Positions 1 to 7,905 of a stretch of DNA of 22,117 bases are shown piece after piece. The DNA is from Thermoplasmatota archaeon (GTDB taxonomy: Archaea > Thermoplasmatota > E2 > DHVEG-1 > B18-G2): positions 1 through 22,117 of the forward strand of contig JAPDJO010000094.1 of NCBI GenBank assembly GCA_029259115.1, read 5' to 3'. Below the pieces are notes generated by a model. It made no database searches and was not told where the DNA came from. It worked only from the letters and a program-made list of their open reading frames with translations. Position 1 is the stretch's first letter. Each line of letters starts with the position of its first letter. A program made the position numbers and the translations under genes.

Positions 1-1
1 A

Positions 2-319
2 AGGGAGAAGGATTCCAACATAGGTGTATATCCAGGCATAGCTGTTCTCTCGCTAATCATAAAGGGAAGGAATAAATTTGATATCATTTTGGTCAGAAGT
101 AAAAAAGGAATCATATTTTCTGATGATATTCCACCTATCCATATTCTCTTCGTTATCGTTTCCTCTCAAGATCAACAGAGTTTTTACCTCCACTCGATTA
201 TGTGGATGATTCAAATCTCAGAGGATAAAAGTTTTGAGGAAAGATGCCTTAACGCAAAAAGTGACGAAGAATTGAGGAAAGTTATCTTATCTTCGTGGAG
301 AAGTAGAGTTCTAAGATAA
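2..319 (+). CDS. C-terminal part (5'-truncated by window) of a protein with a PTS EIIA type-2-like domain, probably an amino-acid permease-EIIA fusion
   Basis: Frame is open from base 2: REKDSNIGVYPGIAVLSLIIKGRNKFDIILVRSKKGIIF...IHILFVIVSS...FEERCLNAKSDEELRKVIL. This follows the EIIA(Fru/Ntr)-type pattern RE...GxA(IPH)...GIxF...vhlxFvl...AksxeEl. The ORF-track start at 89 is internal. Confidence 0.65.
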   Translation, partial: REKDSNIGVYPGIAVLSLIIKGRNKFDIILVRSKKGIIFSDDIPPIHILFVIVSSQDQQSFYLHSIMWMIQISEDKSFEERCLNAKSDEELRKVILSSWRSRVLR

Positions 320-320
320 C

Positions 321-1841
321 TCACAAGATCTTTATCTCCTTTTCAACCTCCTTTACTATAGTTCCTTTTTTGATAAGGTTTTTAACTAGTTCTATATCTT
401 TCTTCATTGACCTATCAACATCCAATTTTGGGACGTTTTTTCTTATTAGATCATAAGCTAACTGTATCGCTGGAGATGGTTTCAATGGCTTCAAAAACTC
501 TAAGGCTTGAGATGCAGTGAGAAACTCGATTGCTATTATACATTGCACATTATCTATGATCTTCATAAGTTTTCTTCCAGATGTCGCCCCCATACTTACA
601 AAATCTTCTTGATTTGCAGATACCGGAATAGAATCACAACTCGCCGGATGAGCTAAGATTTTATTTTCATTAACAAGAGATGCAGCAAGGTAATGCGGCA
701 TCATGAATCCAGAGTTTAGACCACTATCTTTAACCAAAAATGGGGGTAACTCTGATAACTTTTCATCAACCAATCTTGCTATTCTTCGCTCACTGAATGA
801 TCCAAGAGTAGCAGCAGATATTGCAAGCATATCCATTACTAGAGCTAAAGGTTGACCATGGAAGTTCCCACCAGACAGAACCTCCTTTTTTTCTGGAATA
901 ACTATTGGATTATCTGTTACGGAATTTATCTCTATCTCAGCGATCTTCCTAGCAAAATCCAGAGAATCATAGATTGCACCAAAAACTTGAGGCATGCATC
1001 TTAAAGTATATGCATCTTGAACTTTTGGACAGTTTTTATGGGATTTTATTATCTCACTATCTCTAGTTAAACTCCATAGATTTTTTGCAGCTTTTAACTG
1101 CCCAGAATAGGGTCGAAGCTTATGGATCTCTTCCCTGAAAGCTTGATCCGTACCTCTCAAAGCTTCCAAGCTCATTACTCCAGCGATCTGAGCGTTCTTC
1201 AGAAGAACCTCGAGGTCATAGATAGAAATACATAGATAAGCAGAGAGGAGCTGGGTTCCATTTATAAGTGCAAGACCTTCCTTCGCCTTAAACTTTATCG
1301 GCTTCAATCCCTTTCTTTTCAACCCTTCTATAGAGTCTAGAACTTTTCCATCGACCTCTACCTTTCCTTCACCCATCATGGTCAAGGCTATATGAGATAG
1401 AGGAATCAGATCCCCACTCGCACCGAGAGAACCCTTCTCTGGGACGGTTGGATGAACCTTTTTATTTAGCATGTCCAGAAGCATCTTTATCGTCTCTAAT
1501 CTTACACCAGAGTAGCCTTTGGCAAGGGAGTTTGCTCTCAGAAGCATCATTGCCCTAACTATTTCTGTTGGCAAATTTTCTCCAGCTCCACAGGAATGAC
1601 TCCTTATCAGATTTTCCTGAAGTTTCTCTACATCTTCCTTGCTTATCTTTATCTTGGCAAGTTCTCCAAATCCTGTAGAAACACCATAAACAACCTTCCC
1701 TTCATCTATAATCTCCTCTATAACCTCTCTTGATCTTTTTATTCTCTCTTCCACTCCCTTTGCTAGTCTAACTTCCTCAAAATCTCTGGCAACAGAAATA
1801 ACATCTTCTATCTTCAGATTCGATCCATCAATCTCTATCAT
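321..1841 (-). CDS. hutH: Histidine ammonia-lyase
   Basis: 506 aa; [17 protein letters not shown] (His-specific SH), MIO-forming [39 protein letters not shown] overlap with hutU. Confidence 0.97.
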   Translation of the reverse strand: MIEIDGSNLKIEDVISVARDFEEVRLAKGVEERIKRSREVIEEIIDEGKVVYGVSTGFGELAKIKISKEDVEKLQENLIRSHSCGAGENLPTEIVRAMMLLRANSLAKGYSGVRLETIKMLLDMLNKKVHPTVPEKGSLGASGDLIPLSHIALTMMGEGKVEVDGKVLDSIEGLKRKGLKPIKFKAKEGLALINGTQLLSAYLCISIYDLEVLLKNAQIAGVMSLEALRGTDQAFREEIHKLRPYSGQLKAAKNLWSLTRDSEIIKSHKNCPKVQDAYTLRCMPQVFGAIYDSLDFARKIAEIEINSVTDNPIVIPEKKEVLSGGNFHGQPLALVMDMLAISAATLGSFSERRIARLVDEKLSELPPFLVKDSGLNSGFMMPHYLAASLVNENKILAHPASCDSIPVSANQEDFVSMGATSGRKLMKIIDNVQCIIAIEFLTASQALEFLKPLKPSPAIQLAYDLIRKNVPKLDVDRSMKKDIELVKNLIKKGTIVKEVEKEIKIL

Positions 1842-3484
1842 TTTAACATCGGCGCCTTCAGATCACTTTTCTTAATAAGCTCGATAGCTTCTTCATAACC
1901 AGCATCCGCATGCCTTATTACTCCAAGTCCAGGATCAGCCTTGAAAACTCTCTTTATCCTCTCATCAGTTTCTTTGCTTCCATCACAGACAACAATCATT
2001 CCGGCATGCGTTGATAATCCAATACCAACTCCTCCACCGTTGTGTATCGCTACCAGATCTGCGCCTGCTGCACAATTTAGTAGAGCATTTAGCAAAGGCC
2101 AATCCGCGATAGCATCACTTCCATCTTTCATTCCTTCCGTTTCCCTGAATGGAGAAGCAACGCTACCTGAATCTAAATGATCTCTAGATATAGATATTGG
2201 TCCTATCTCTCCTTCCCTTACCATTCTATTTATCTCTAGAGCGAATTTCTCTCTTTCTCCATATCCGAGCCAGCATACTCTAGCTGGTAAACCCTCCCAT
2301 GGAAGATACTTCTCTGCTAGAGTAATCCAATTCCTCAAGACATCATCCTCTGGAAAGAGTTCAAGAACTTTCTTGTCAGTCTTTATGATATCTTCAGGAT
2401 TTCCAGTTAGTGCAATCCATCTAAAGGGTCCTCTTCCAATGGCGAGCATGGGCCTTACATATGCTATGACAAATCCCGGATAGCTAAAGGCTTCCTCGAA
2501 TCCAGCTTTCTTTGCCTGACCCCTGAGATTATTTCCATAATCAAAAACAACAGATCCTCTCTTCTGGAACTTTACCATCGCCTTGCAGTGCTCCTTCATG
2601 CTCTTCATAGATAACTCTATGTACTTCTTTGGATCACTCCTCCTAAGCTCATAGGCTTCTTCAACATTATCTCCATAGTAACCAGCCGGAACATAGCCAT
2701 TTAGTTCATCATGAGCAGAAGTTTGATCTGTAACAACATCTGGCTTGAAACCTTTTTCAACAAGATAAGGATGGGTATCTGCACAATTACCAACAACAGC
2801 TATCGATTTTGGCTCTCCCTCCTCTTTAGCCTGCTCCGCTATCTCTATAGCCTCGTCGATATCTTCTACAACCATATCACAGAATCCAGCCTTGATCCTC
2901 CTCTCTATCCTCTTTCTATCGCACTCCACAGCTATACATATACCTTGATTCATCTTTATCGCTAATGGCTGAGCTCCTCCCATCCCACCTAATCCGCCTG
3001 TTAGAACTATCTTTCCCTTCAGGTTACTCTTAAAATGCTTTCTTGCGCATGCCGCAAACGTTTCGTATGTACCTTGTATGATTCCCTGAGTACCTATATA
3101 GCACCACGATCCAGCAGTCATCTGACCATACATTATCAGTCCTTTCCTCTCTAGCTCATGGAACACCTCCCAATTGCTCCACTGCGGAACCAGGTTTGCA
3201 TTTGCTATTAGTACTCTAGGAGCATTTTTCCATGTCTTGAATATAGCTACGGGTTTTCCAGATTGAACTATGAGAGTTTCATCATCTTCTAAATTCTTCA
3301 AGGCATCAACTATGGCATAAAAGCACTCCCAATCTCTAGCTGCCTTGCCAGAACCTCCGTAGATTATGAGCTCGTCTGGTTTCTCTGCATTTTCAAGATT
3401 ATTTTCTAGCATTCTTAAAATTCCTTCCTGTCTCCAGCTTTTACATCTTAATTCATATCCTCTGGCAGCTTTTATCTTCGGCAT
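1838..3484 (-). CDS. hutU: Urocanate hydratase
   Basis: [86 protein letters not shown] at 3484 (MPKIKAARG) preferred over the TTG at 3496. Confidence 0.97.
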   Translation of the reverse strand: MPKIKAARGYELRCKSWRQEGILRMLENNLENAEKPDELIIYGGSGKAARDWECFYAIVDALKNLEDDETLIVQSGKPVAIFKTWKNAPRVLIANANLVPQWSNWEVFHELERKGLIMYGQMTAGSWCYIGTQGIIQGTYETFAACARKHFKSNLKGKIVLTGGLGGMGGAQPLAIKMNQGICIAVECDRKRIERRIKAGFCDMVVEDIDEAIEIAEQAKEEGEPKSIAVVGNCADTHPYLVEKGFKPDVVTDQTSAHDELNGYVPAGYYGDNVEEAYELRRSDPKKYIELSMKSMKEHCKAMVKFQKRGSVVFDYGNNLRGQAKKAGFEEAFSYPGFVIAYVRPMLAIGRGPFRWIALTGNPEDIIKTDKKVLELFPEDDVLRNWITLAEKYLPWEGLPARVCWLGYGEREKFALEINRMVREGEIGPISISRDHLDSGSVASPFRETEGMKDGSDAIADWPLLNALLNCAAGADLVAIHNGGGVGIGLSTHAGMIVVCDGSKETDERIKRVFKADPGLGVIRHADAGYEEAIELIKKSDLKAPMLK

Positions 3485-3512
3485 AAAAATCAACAAAAAA
3501 TCTTGTAATCTC

Positions 3513-3526
3513 TACTTAAACTTTGT
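3513..3526 (-). promoter_or_regulatory. Putative BRE/TATA promoter of hutUH
   Basis: Minus strand reads ACAAAG TTTAAGTA, about 29 nt upstream of the hutU ATG. Confidence 0.5.
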
Positions 3527-3550
3527 GAGATCGAACATCAAGATATTGAA

Positions 3551-3567
3551 TCATAGTAAAACTATGA
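3551..3567. promoter_or_regulatory. Perfect palindrome, candidate transcription-factor site upstream of hutU
   Basis: TCATAGT-AAA-ACTATGA (7-bp arms, 3-nt spacer), about 30 nt upstream of the hutU TATA. Confidence 0.4.
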
Positions 3568-3622
3568 AAATTTGTTTATTTTTGCAAGAAAATCAAAAAT
3601 TCATACTTTGAACTTTATACAT

Positions 3623-3640
3623 AAGGAAAGGAAAAAGAAG
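3623..3640 (-). terminator. Oligo-pyrimidine/U-rich terminator-like tract after the hairpin
   Basis: Minus strand CTTCTTTTTCCTTTCCTT immediately 3' of the stem; archaeal intrinsic terminators are U-rich tracts. Confidence 0.45.
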
Positions 3641-3715
3641 TTGGAAGGAGGCTGGCCTCAAACTAGGAGGGGATGGGATGCACTCAAACAACTACCAGCC
3701 CTGTTCCTTCCAATT
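3627..3715 (-). ncRNA. Candidate small RNA: long hairpin with a C-rich anti-SD loop and U-rich 3' tail
   Basis: Stems 3641-3649/3705-3713 (9 bp) and 3650-3655/3695-3700 (6 bp) with a 4-nt bulge; 53% GC (39/73) inside very AT-rich flanks; BRE/TATA about 22 nt upstream; CUUCUUUUUCCUUU directly after the stem. Confidence 0.65.
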
Positions 3716-3734
3716 AGTAAATAGTGAAATTCTA

Positions 3735-3749
3735 TATATAAAGCTTTCG
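3735..3749 (-). promoter_or_regulatory. Consensus archaeal BRE + TATA promoter for the candidate sRNA
   Basis: Minus strand CGAAAGC TTTATATA; the expected start site (~3712-3716) coincides with the 5' end of the hairpin. Confidence 0.7.
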
Positions 3750-3765
3750 TTTCGATTTTTGGATT

Positions 3766-3981
3766 TTAAACAACAGATATACTCACGACGTTACTGCCCC
3801 TTATTATCACTGTACCAAGCTTCTTCCTCGTATCTTCTATTCTCTCCTCAGTATCTTCGAGAACAAGATTCATATGTTCATCGTAGCCAGAAAGTTTTCC
3901 TTCCAAGATTCTACCATCCTTGAGCAGGAGAATCGTTCTTTGATTGATAGATTTCTGGAGTACGTCTAGAGGTAGTGCCAT
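3766..3981 (-). CDS. Sm-like archaeal protein (SmAP1/LSm), RNA-binding
   Basis: 71 aa from ATG 3981; PLDVL...LKDGR...GKL.GYDEHMNLVL.D.EE (Sm1 motif) and LGTVIIRGSNVVSIS (Sm2 motif); TATA-like TTTAAGAA about 23 nt upstream. Confidence 0.95.
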   Translation of the reverse strand: MALPLDVLQKSINQRTILLLKDGRILEGKLSGYDEHMNLVLEDTEERIEDTRKKLGTVIIRGSNVVSISVV

Positions 3982-4012
3982 AAGAGAAGGATACAATAAC
4001 CCCTTCTTAAAT

Positions 4013-4516
4013 TTAATCCATGTAGAGCCTTTTTACCCTGCTTTCTCCGTCAATCTTTTCTATAATCTCTGCAACCTCCTTGGGAACCAGAGATCTCCAA
4101 TCCTTACCTTCTGCTATCAGTTTTCTAATGATCTTGCCATGACAATTTTTTCCTCCGAAGAGAGGTATCCTCTTAACCTTGTATCCTTTCTCCTTGAATA
4201 GTCTTAGAGTGACTGGGTTTCTAGCTAAAACTATATCAAACTTGGGAACCATCGATTCGACATGCTCAACCCATTTTGAATAGTTGTGGATATCGGGTAT
4301 AAAATATATCTCGATGTTTTTTATTCCAAGATTCTCGAGAGTTTTTCTTATCATCATCTCTCTTTCTTCTGCAGTAAAAGGATTCTCTTTTGTATAAGAG
4401 TATTGTGACGAGCCTATACCAATAACGATCTTATCAAATTCCTTAGAGAATCTCTTTATGGCTTCAAGATGTCCGTTATGGAAAGGTTGAAATCTACCAA
4501 TAAATAGAGCTATCAT
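4013..4516 (-). CDS. nadM: Nicotinamide-mononucleotide adenylyltransferase (archaeal NadM type)
   Basis: FIGRFQPFHNGH (HxGH), IGIGSSQ.S.T.ENPFTAEER, WVEHV, WRSLVP. ATG at 4516 preceded by a GTGAT SD-like motif overlapping the lon stop. Confidence 0.9.
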   Translation of the reverse strand: MIALFIGRFQPFHNGHLEAIKRFSKEFDKIVIGIGSSQYSYTKENPFTAEEREMMIRKTLENLGIKNIEIYFIPDIHNYSKWVEHVESMVPKFDIVLARNPVTLRLFKEKGYKVKRIPLFGGKNCHGKIIRKLIAEGKDWRSLVPKEVAEIIEKIDGESRVKRLYMD

Positions 4517-4521
4517 TAAGA

Positions 4522-6489
4522 TCACTTCTTTGGTTCAACTATCTTCTTCTCTGACTCAAGCTCAACTTTTCCTACCACTTCTGGAGGTCTCATTCTTGAC
4601 AATCTCTCTAAGAGTTCTTTCTTTCCTTTCCCAACTAGAACATGTTCCAAAGCTTCACTTAGGGTTTCTACGGGTATAATCTCTATCTTATCTTTGTATC
4701 TCTCATCAATTAGAACATCCTTTAAGTTTGATTTTGGTATTATTACTCTCTTTAATCCAGCCTCTGCTGCTGCCTCAACCTTTGCTGTGATTCCTCCAAC
4801 AGGTAGAACATTACCTCTTATGCTCAAAGAACCTGTTATGGCTGTATCTTGCCTTACCTTTACATTTTCGAGAGCTGATATTACTGCAGTAATAACAGAT
4901 AGGCTTGCAGAATCTCCCTCGACTCCTTCATATGTCCCTATAAACTGTATATGGATATCATGGTCTGAAATATCTTTGCCCATATACTTCTTGATTATAG
5001 CAGATATGTTTTGAACAGACTCCTTTGCAATCTCTCCAAGTTTTCCTGTCGCTATGATTCTCCCCTCTGATCTTGACCCTGCAGGAGTAACTTCAGCAAC
5101 TATCGGTAAGACAAGACCTGCATACTCGCTCAAAGAGGGATCTGCAGAGTAAACAGCCAAACCATTGACTACGCCAACCTCTGCTCCTTCTGTTTTGAAG
5201 GATTTGTATTCTTTTCTCATCTCTATCGTTCTAGATGCAACCTGGTGTTCAAGAGATCTTGCTATCTCCTTTGCTCTTATGACATGCTCTCTTGTAACCA
5301 CCTTCGCTCCTTCTCCAGCAGCTATATCTCCGGCTACCCTTATCAAACCTCCAAGCTCTCTCAATCTCAAGGATAATTTTCCTTTTCTTCCCGCCCTGCG
5401 CTGGGCTTCTCTTATTATCTCAGCAACAGCCCATTTATCAAAATGAGGGATCCTCCCATCCTTAACAACTTCCTGGGCAACGAACCTTATCAGTTTCTTT
5501 CTATTTTCATCGGTATCATCCATTGTGCTGTTGAGATAGACTTCATATCCATAACCTCTTATTCTAGATCTAAGGGCTGGATGCATACCTTGGAGAGCAT
5601 CTAGATTTCCTGCTGATACTAAAATGAAATCACATGGAACAGGTTCGGTTTTGACCATTGCTCCAAAACTTCTCTCAGATTGACCAGTAATCTGAAACTT
5701 TTTCTCCTGAATCGCTGTTAGCAAATGCTGCTGAGATTGTAAGCTAAGGGTATTGATCTCATCTATGTATAATACTCCTTTATGGGCTTTATGGATAGCT
5801 CCAGCTTCAACGAGCTGATGCGGAGGCGTCTCTAAACCTGCTGATTGAAAAGGATCATGCCTGACATCTCCAAGTAAAGCTCCAGAGTGGGCAGCGGTTG
5901 CATCGACAAATGGAGGTTTGTCATCTTTTTCATGCCCCACTAAGAGCTTTGGAGTGTTTTGCAACTCTATTCTACTTGGAGACATGGCTCCTCTTGCCAG
6001 AAATGCGTACACCAATATACCAGCCAATACTCCAAATAAGGCGTATTCTGCATGCTTTGATAAAACAGCATAAAAAATGGAAGTCAAGATTATCATTATG
6101 GATAATGTTAGAATTACGCTACTCTGTTGCTCGCTCTTCCTTCTGGCTTCGGCTTTCTTCTCTTTCACAATCTCTTTACCCTTCCCAGCAGGGACAACCC
6201 TTATGAGCGGAGTATTTGGATCCTCAGGATTAGGATATACCAATATATCCTCAAGCTCTTCCTTTGGTAGAAACTCTGTCATCGCTCTAGCCATCATTGA
6301 TTTTCCTGTTCCTGGATCTCCTATGAGCATAACGTGTCTCTTTTGCTTAGCTGCTTTTTTTATAACTTCAACAGCTTTATCCTGACCTATAACCTGATCT
6401 ATAAGCTTCTCCGGAACTTTTATCTCTGCAGTTGTCTCAAAATCTTGATTTTTTATCCATTCGTCTATCGGTGGGAGTCCTTTACTCAT
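4522..6489 (-). CDS. lonB: Archaeal membrane-anchored ATP-dependent protease LonB
   Basis: 655 aa; Walker A GDPGTGKS, two hydrophobic TM segments inserted in the AAA+ domain, [12 protein letters not shown], Walker [18 protein letters not shown], catalytic VEGDSAS and GGITAK. Confidence 0.97.
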   Translation of the reverse strand: MSKGLPPIDEWIKNQDFETTAEIKVPEKLIDQVIGQDKAVEVIKKAAKQKRHVMLIGDPGTGKSMMARAMTEFLPKEELEDILVYPNPEDPNTPLIRVVPAGKGKEIVKEKKAEARRKSEQQSSVILTLSIMIILTSIFYAVLSKHAEYALFGVLAGILVYAFLARGAMSPSRIELQNTPKLLVGHEKDDKPPFVDATAAHSGALLGDVRHDPFQSAGLETPPHQLVEAGAIHKAHKGVLYIDEINTLSLQSQQHLLTAIQEKKFQITGQSERSFGAMVKTEPVPCDFILVSAGNLDALQGMHPALRSRIRGYGYEVYLNSTMDDTDENRKKLIRFVAQEVVKDGRIPHFDKWAVAEIIREAQRRAGRKGKLSLRLRELGGLIRVAGDIAAGEGAKVVTREHVIRAKEIARSLEHQVASRTIEMRKEYKSFKTEGAEVGVVNGLAVYSADPSLSEYAGLVLPIVAEVTPAGSRSEGRIIATGKLGEIAKESVQNISAIIKKYMGKDISDHDIHIQFIGTYEGVEGDSASLSVITAVISALENVKVRQDTAITGSLSIRGNVLPVGGITAKVEAAAEAGLKRVIIPKSNLKDVLIDERYKDKIEIIPVETLSEALEHVLVGKGKKELLERLSRMRPPEVVGKVELESEKKIVEPKK

Positions 6490-6513
6490 AACTCTCTCTT
6501 CAAAATGATATCC

Positions 6514-6566
6514 TATATAAAAATGTTGGTGTGTAGAGATTAATAGGTCTAAAAAGGATTTATTAA
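6514..6566. promoter_or_regulatory. Divergent promoters of lonB (-) and glnA (+)
   Basis: Minus-strand TTTTTATATA at 6523-6514 (25 nt before the lon ATG); plus-strand AAAAAGGA TTTATTAA at 6551-6566 (about 22 nt before the glnA ATG). Confidence 0.65.
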
Positions 6567-6588
6567 CCGATTTTGTATTATCTCTTAC

Positions 6589-7905
6589 ATGGACATCAAC
6601 AAGATTTTAGATGATTTCAAGGAAAACAACGTCAAGTTTGTGAGACCAATATTTGTAGACATTCTAGGTAGGATGCTGGATTTTACAGTACCGATAGATG
6701 AGTTTGAAGGACTAGTAAAGGATGGAAAAGGATTTGATGGATCATCGGTGGAGGGTTTTGCAAGAATCGAAGAGAGCGATCTTAGATTTGTTCCTGACTT
6801 AGATACTTTGAGAATTCTTCCTTGGGAATACAAAGGTCTAGAAAAGAATTGGAGAGAGGCTATCGTTTTTGGATACATCTACGACTCTTCCGGAAATATT
6901 TATGAGGGGGATACGAGGGCTCTACTGAAGAAAACTATTGAGAAACATAAAGACATAGGAACAATGAAATGTGGAGTAGAGATGGAATTCTTTATTTTTG
7001 AAAATGATAAGAATCCCTGTCACACGGACTCAGGAGGATATTTTAGATCTGGATTGTATGGAGAGATAAGGAAGGAGGCACAGCTTCTCTTGAATGAGAT
7101 GGGAATAAAAACAGAGTTTGATCACCATGAAGTCGCCCAGAGTCAGCATGAGATAGATATCACATATTCAGATGCCCTCAGAATGGCTGATTATGTTATA
7201 TTAACAAAATACATTGTAAAGAAGATTGCAAGAGAGCATGGCGTGTATGCATCGTTCATGCCTAAACCTTTAGACAACATAAATGGGAATGGGATGCACA
7301 CACATATATCTCTGTGGAAGGATGGAAAAAATATATTTTTTGATGAGAAGAAAAAAGGGATTAGCGAGATAGCCAGATCATATATAGCTGGACTGATGAA
7401 GTACGGGAAAGAGATACAGGCTGGATTAAATCAATGGATAAACTCCTACAAGAGATTAACTCCTGGTTACGAAGCTCCGACTTATCTCGTCTGGGGAACA
7501 AAGAATAGATCAGCCTATATAAGGGTACCTGAGTATCAGAAGGGAAAGGAAAATGCGACAAGGATAGAACTAAGAAGTCCTGATCCAGCATGCAATCCAT
7601 ATCTAGCTTTCTCTCTCATCCATTCTGCTGGTATACAAGGTATAAAAGAGAAGTTGGACCCTCCCAGTCCTGTAGAAATCGATGTTTTTCATATGCCAGA
7701 GTCTGAAAGGAGAAAAATGAAGATAGATGAGCTTTCTCCCTCCTTAGAGAAGGCGCTTGAATATTTTATGAACAGCGAGTTGGTTAAGAAAAGCTTGACC
7801 GAACATATATTCAGAAAGTTCATCGAAAACAAAACAATAGAGTGCAGGAACTTCAACAGATCTGTTACAGATTATGAGATAAAACACTACTTCGGTATAC
7901 TTTGA
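6589..7905 (+). CDS. glnA: Glutamine synthetase type I
   Basis: 438 aa; [36 protein letters not shown]...[42 protein letters not shown]. Confidence 0.93.
   Translation: MDINKILDDFKENNVKFVRPIFVDILGRMLDFTVPIDEFEGLVKDGKGFDGSSVEGFARIEESDLRFVPDLDTLRILPWEYKGLEKNWREAIVFGYIYDSSGNIYEGDTRALLKKTIEKHKDIGTMKCGVEMEFFIFENDKNPCHTDSGGYFRSGLYGEIRKEAQLLLNEMGIKTEFDHHEVAQSQHEIDITYSDALRMADYVILTKYIVKKIAREHGVYASFMPKPLDNINGNGMHTHISLWKDGKNIFFDEKKKGISEIARSYIAGLMKYGKEIQAGLNQWINSYKRLTPGYEAPTYLVWGTKNRSAYIRVPEYQKGKENATRIELRSPDPACNPYLAFSLIHSAGIQGIKEKLDPPSPVEIDVFHMPESERRKMKIDELSPSLEKALEYFMNSELVKKSLTEHIFRKFIENKTIECRNFNRSVTDYEIKHYFGIL

Noticed and set aside
1941-2965. Plus-strand ORFs 1941-2180 and 2711-2965
   Set aside because: Fully antisense to hutU; no motifs or promoter; typical shadow ORFs.
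3366-3611. 81-aa plus-strand ORF overlapping the hutU start and promoter
   Set aside because: Antisense to hutU, runs through the AT-rich promoter spacer, no recognisable protein features.
3641-3713. Hairpin interpreted as tRNA, C/D or H/ACA guide RNA, SECIS, bulge-helix-bulge substrate or CRISPR repeat
   Set aside because: No TTCRA T-loop or cloverleaf, no RUGAUGA/CUGA boxes, no ACA 3 nt from the end, no 3-4-3 BHB geometry, and the GTTTGAG repeat is only 7 nt in two copies.
3500-3765. Expected rpl37e gene downstream of the Sm gene
   Set aside because: No ORF with the basic CxxC...CxxC L37e pattern was found on the minus strand.
4522-6489. Possible intein in LonB
   Set aside because: Length (655 aa) is normal and no C...HN splice-junction insertion is evident.
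4694-6543. Several plus-strand ORFs (69-106 aa) within lonB
   Set aside because: Antisense shadows of a well-supported gene.
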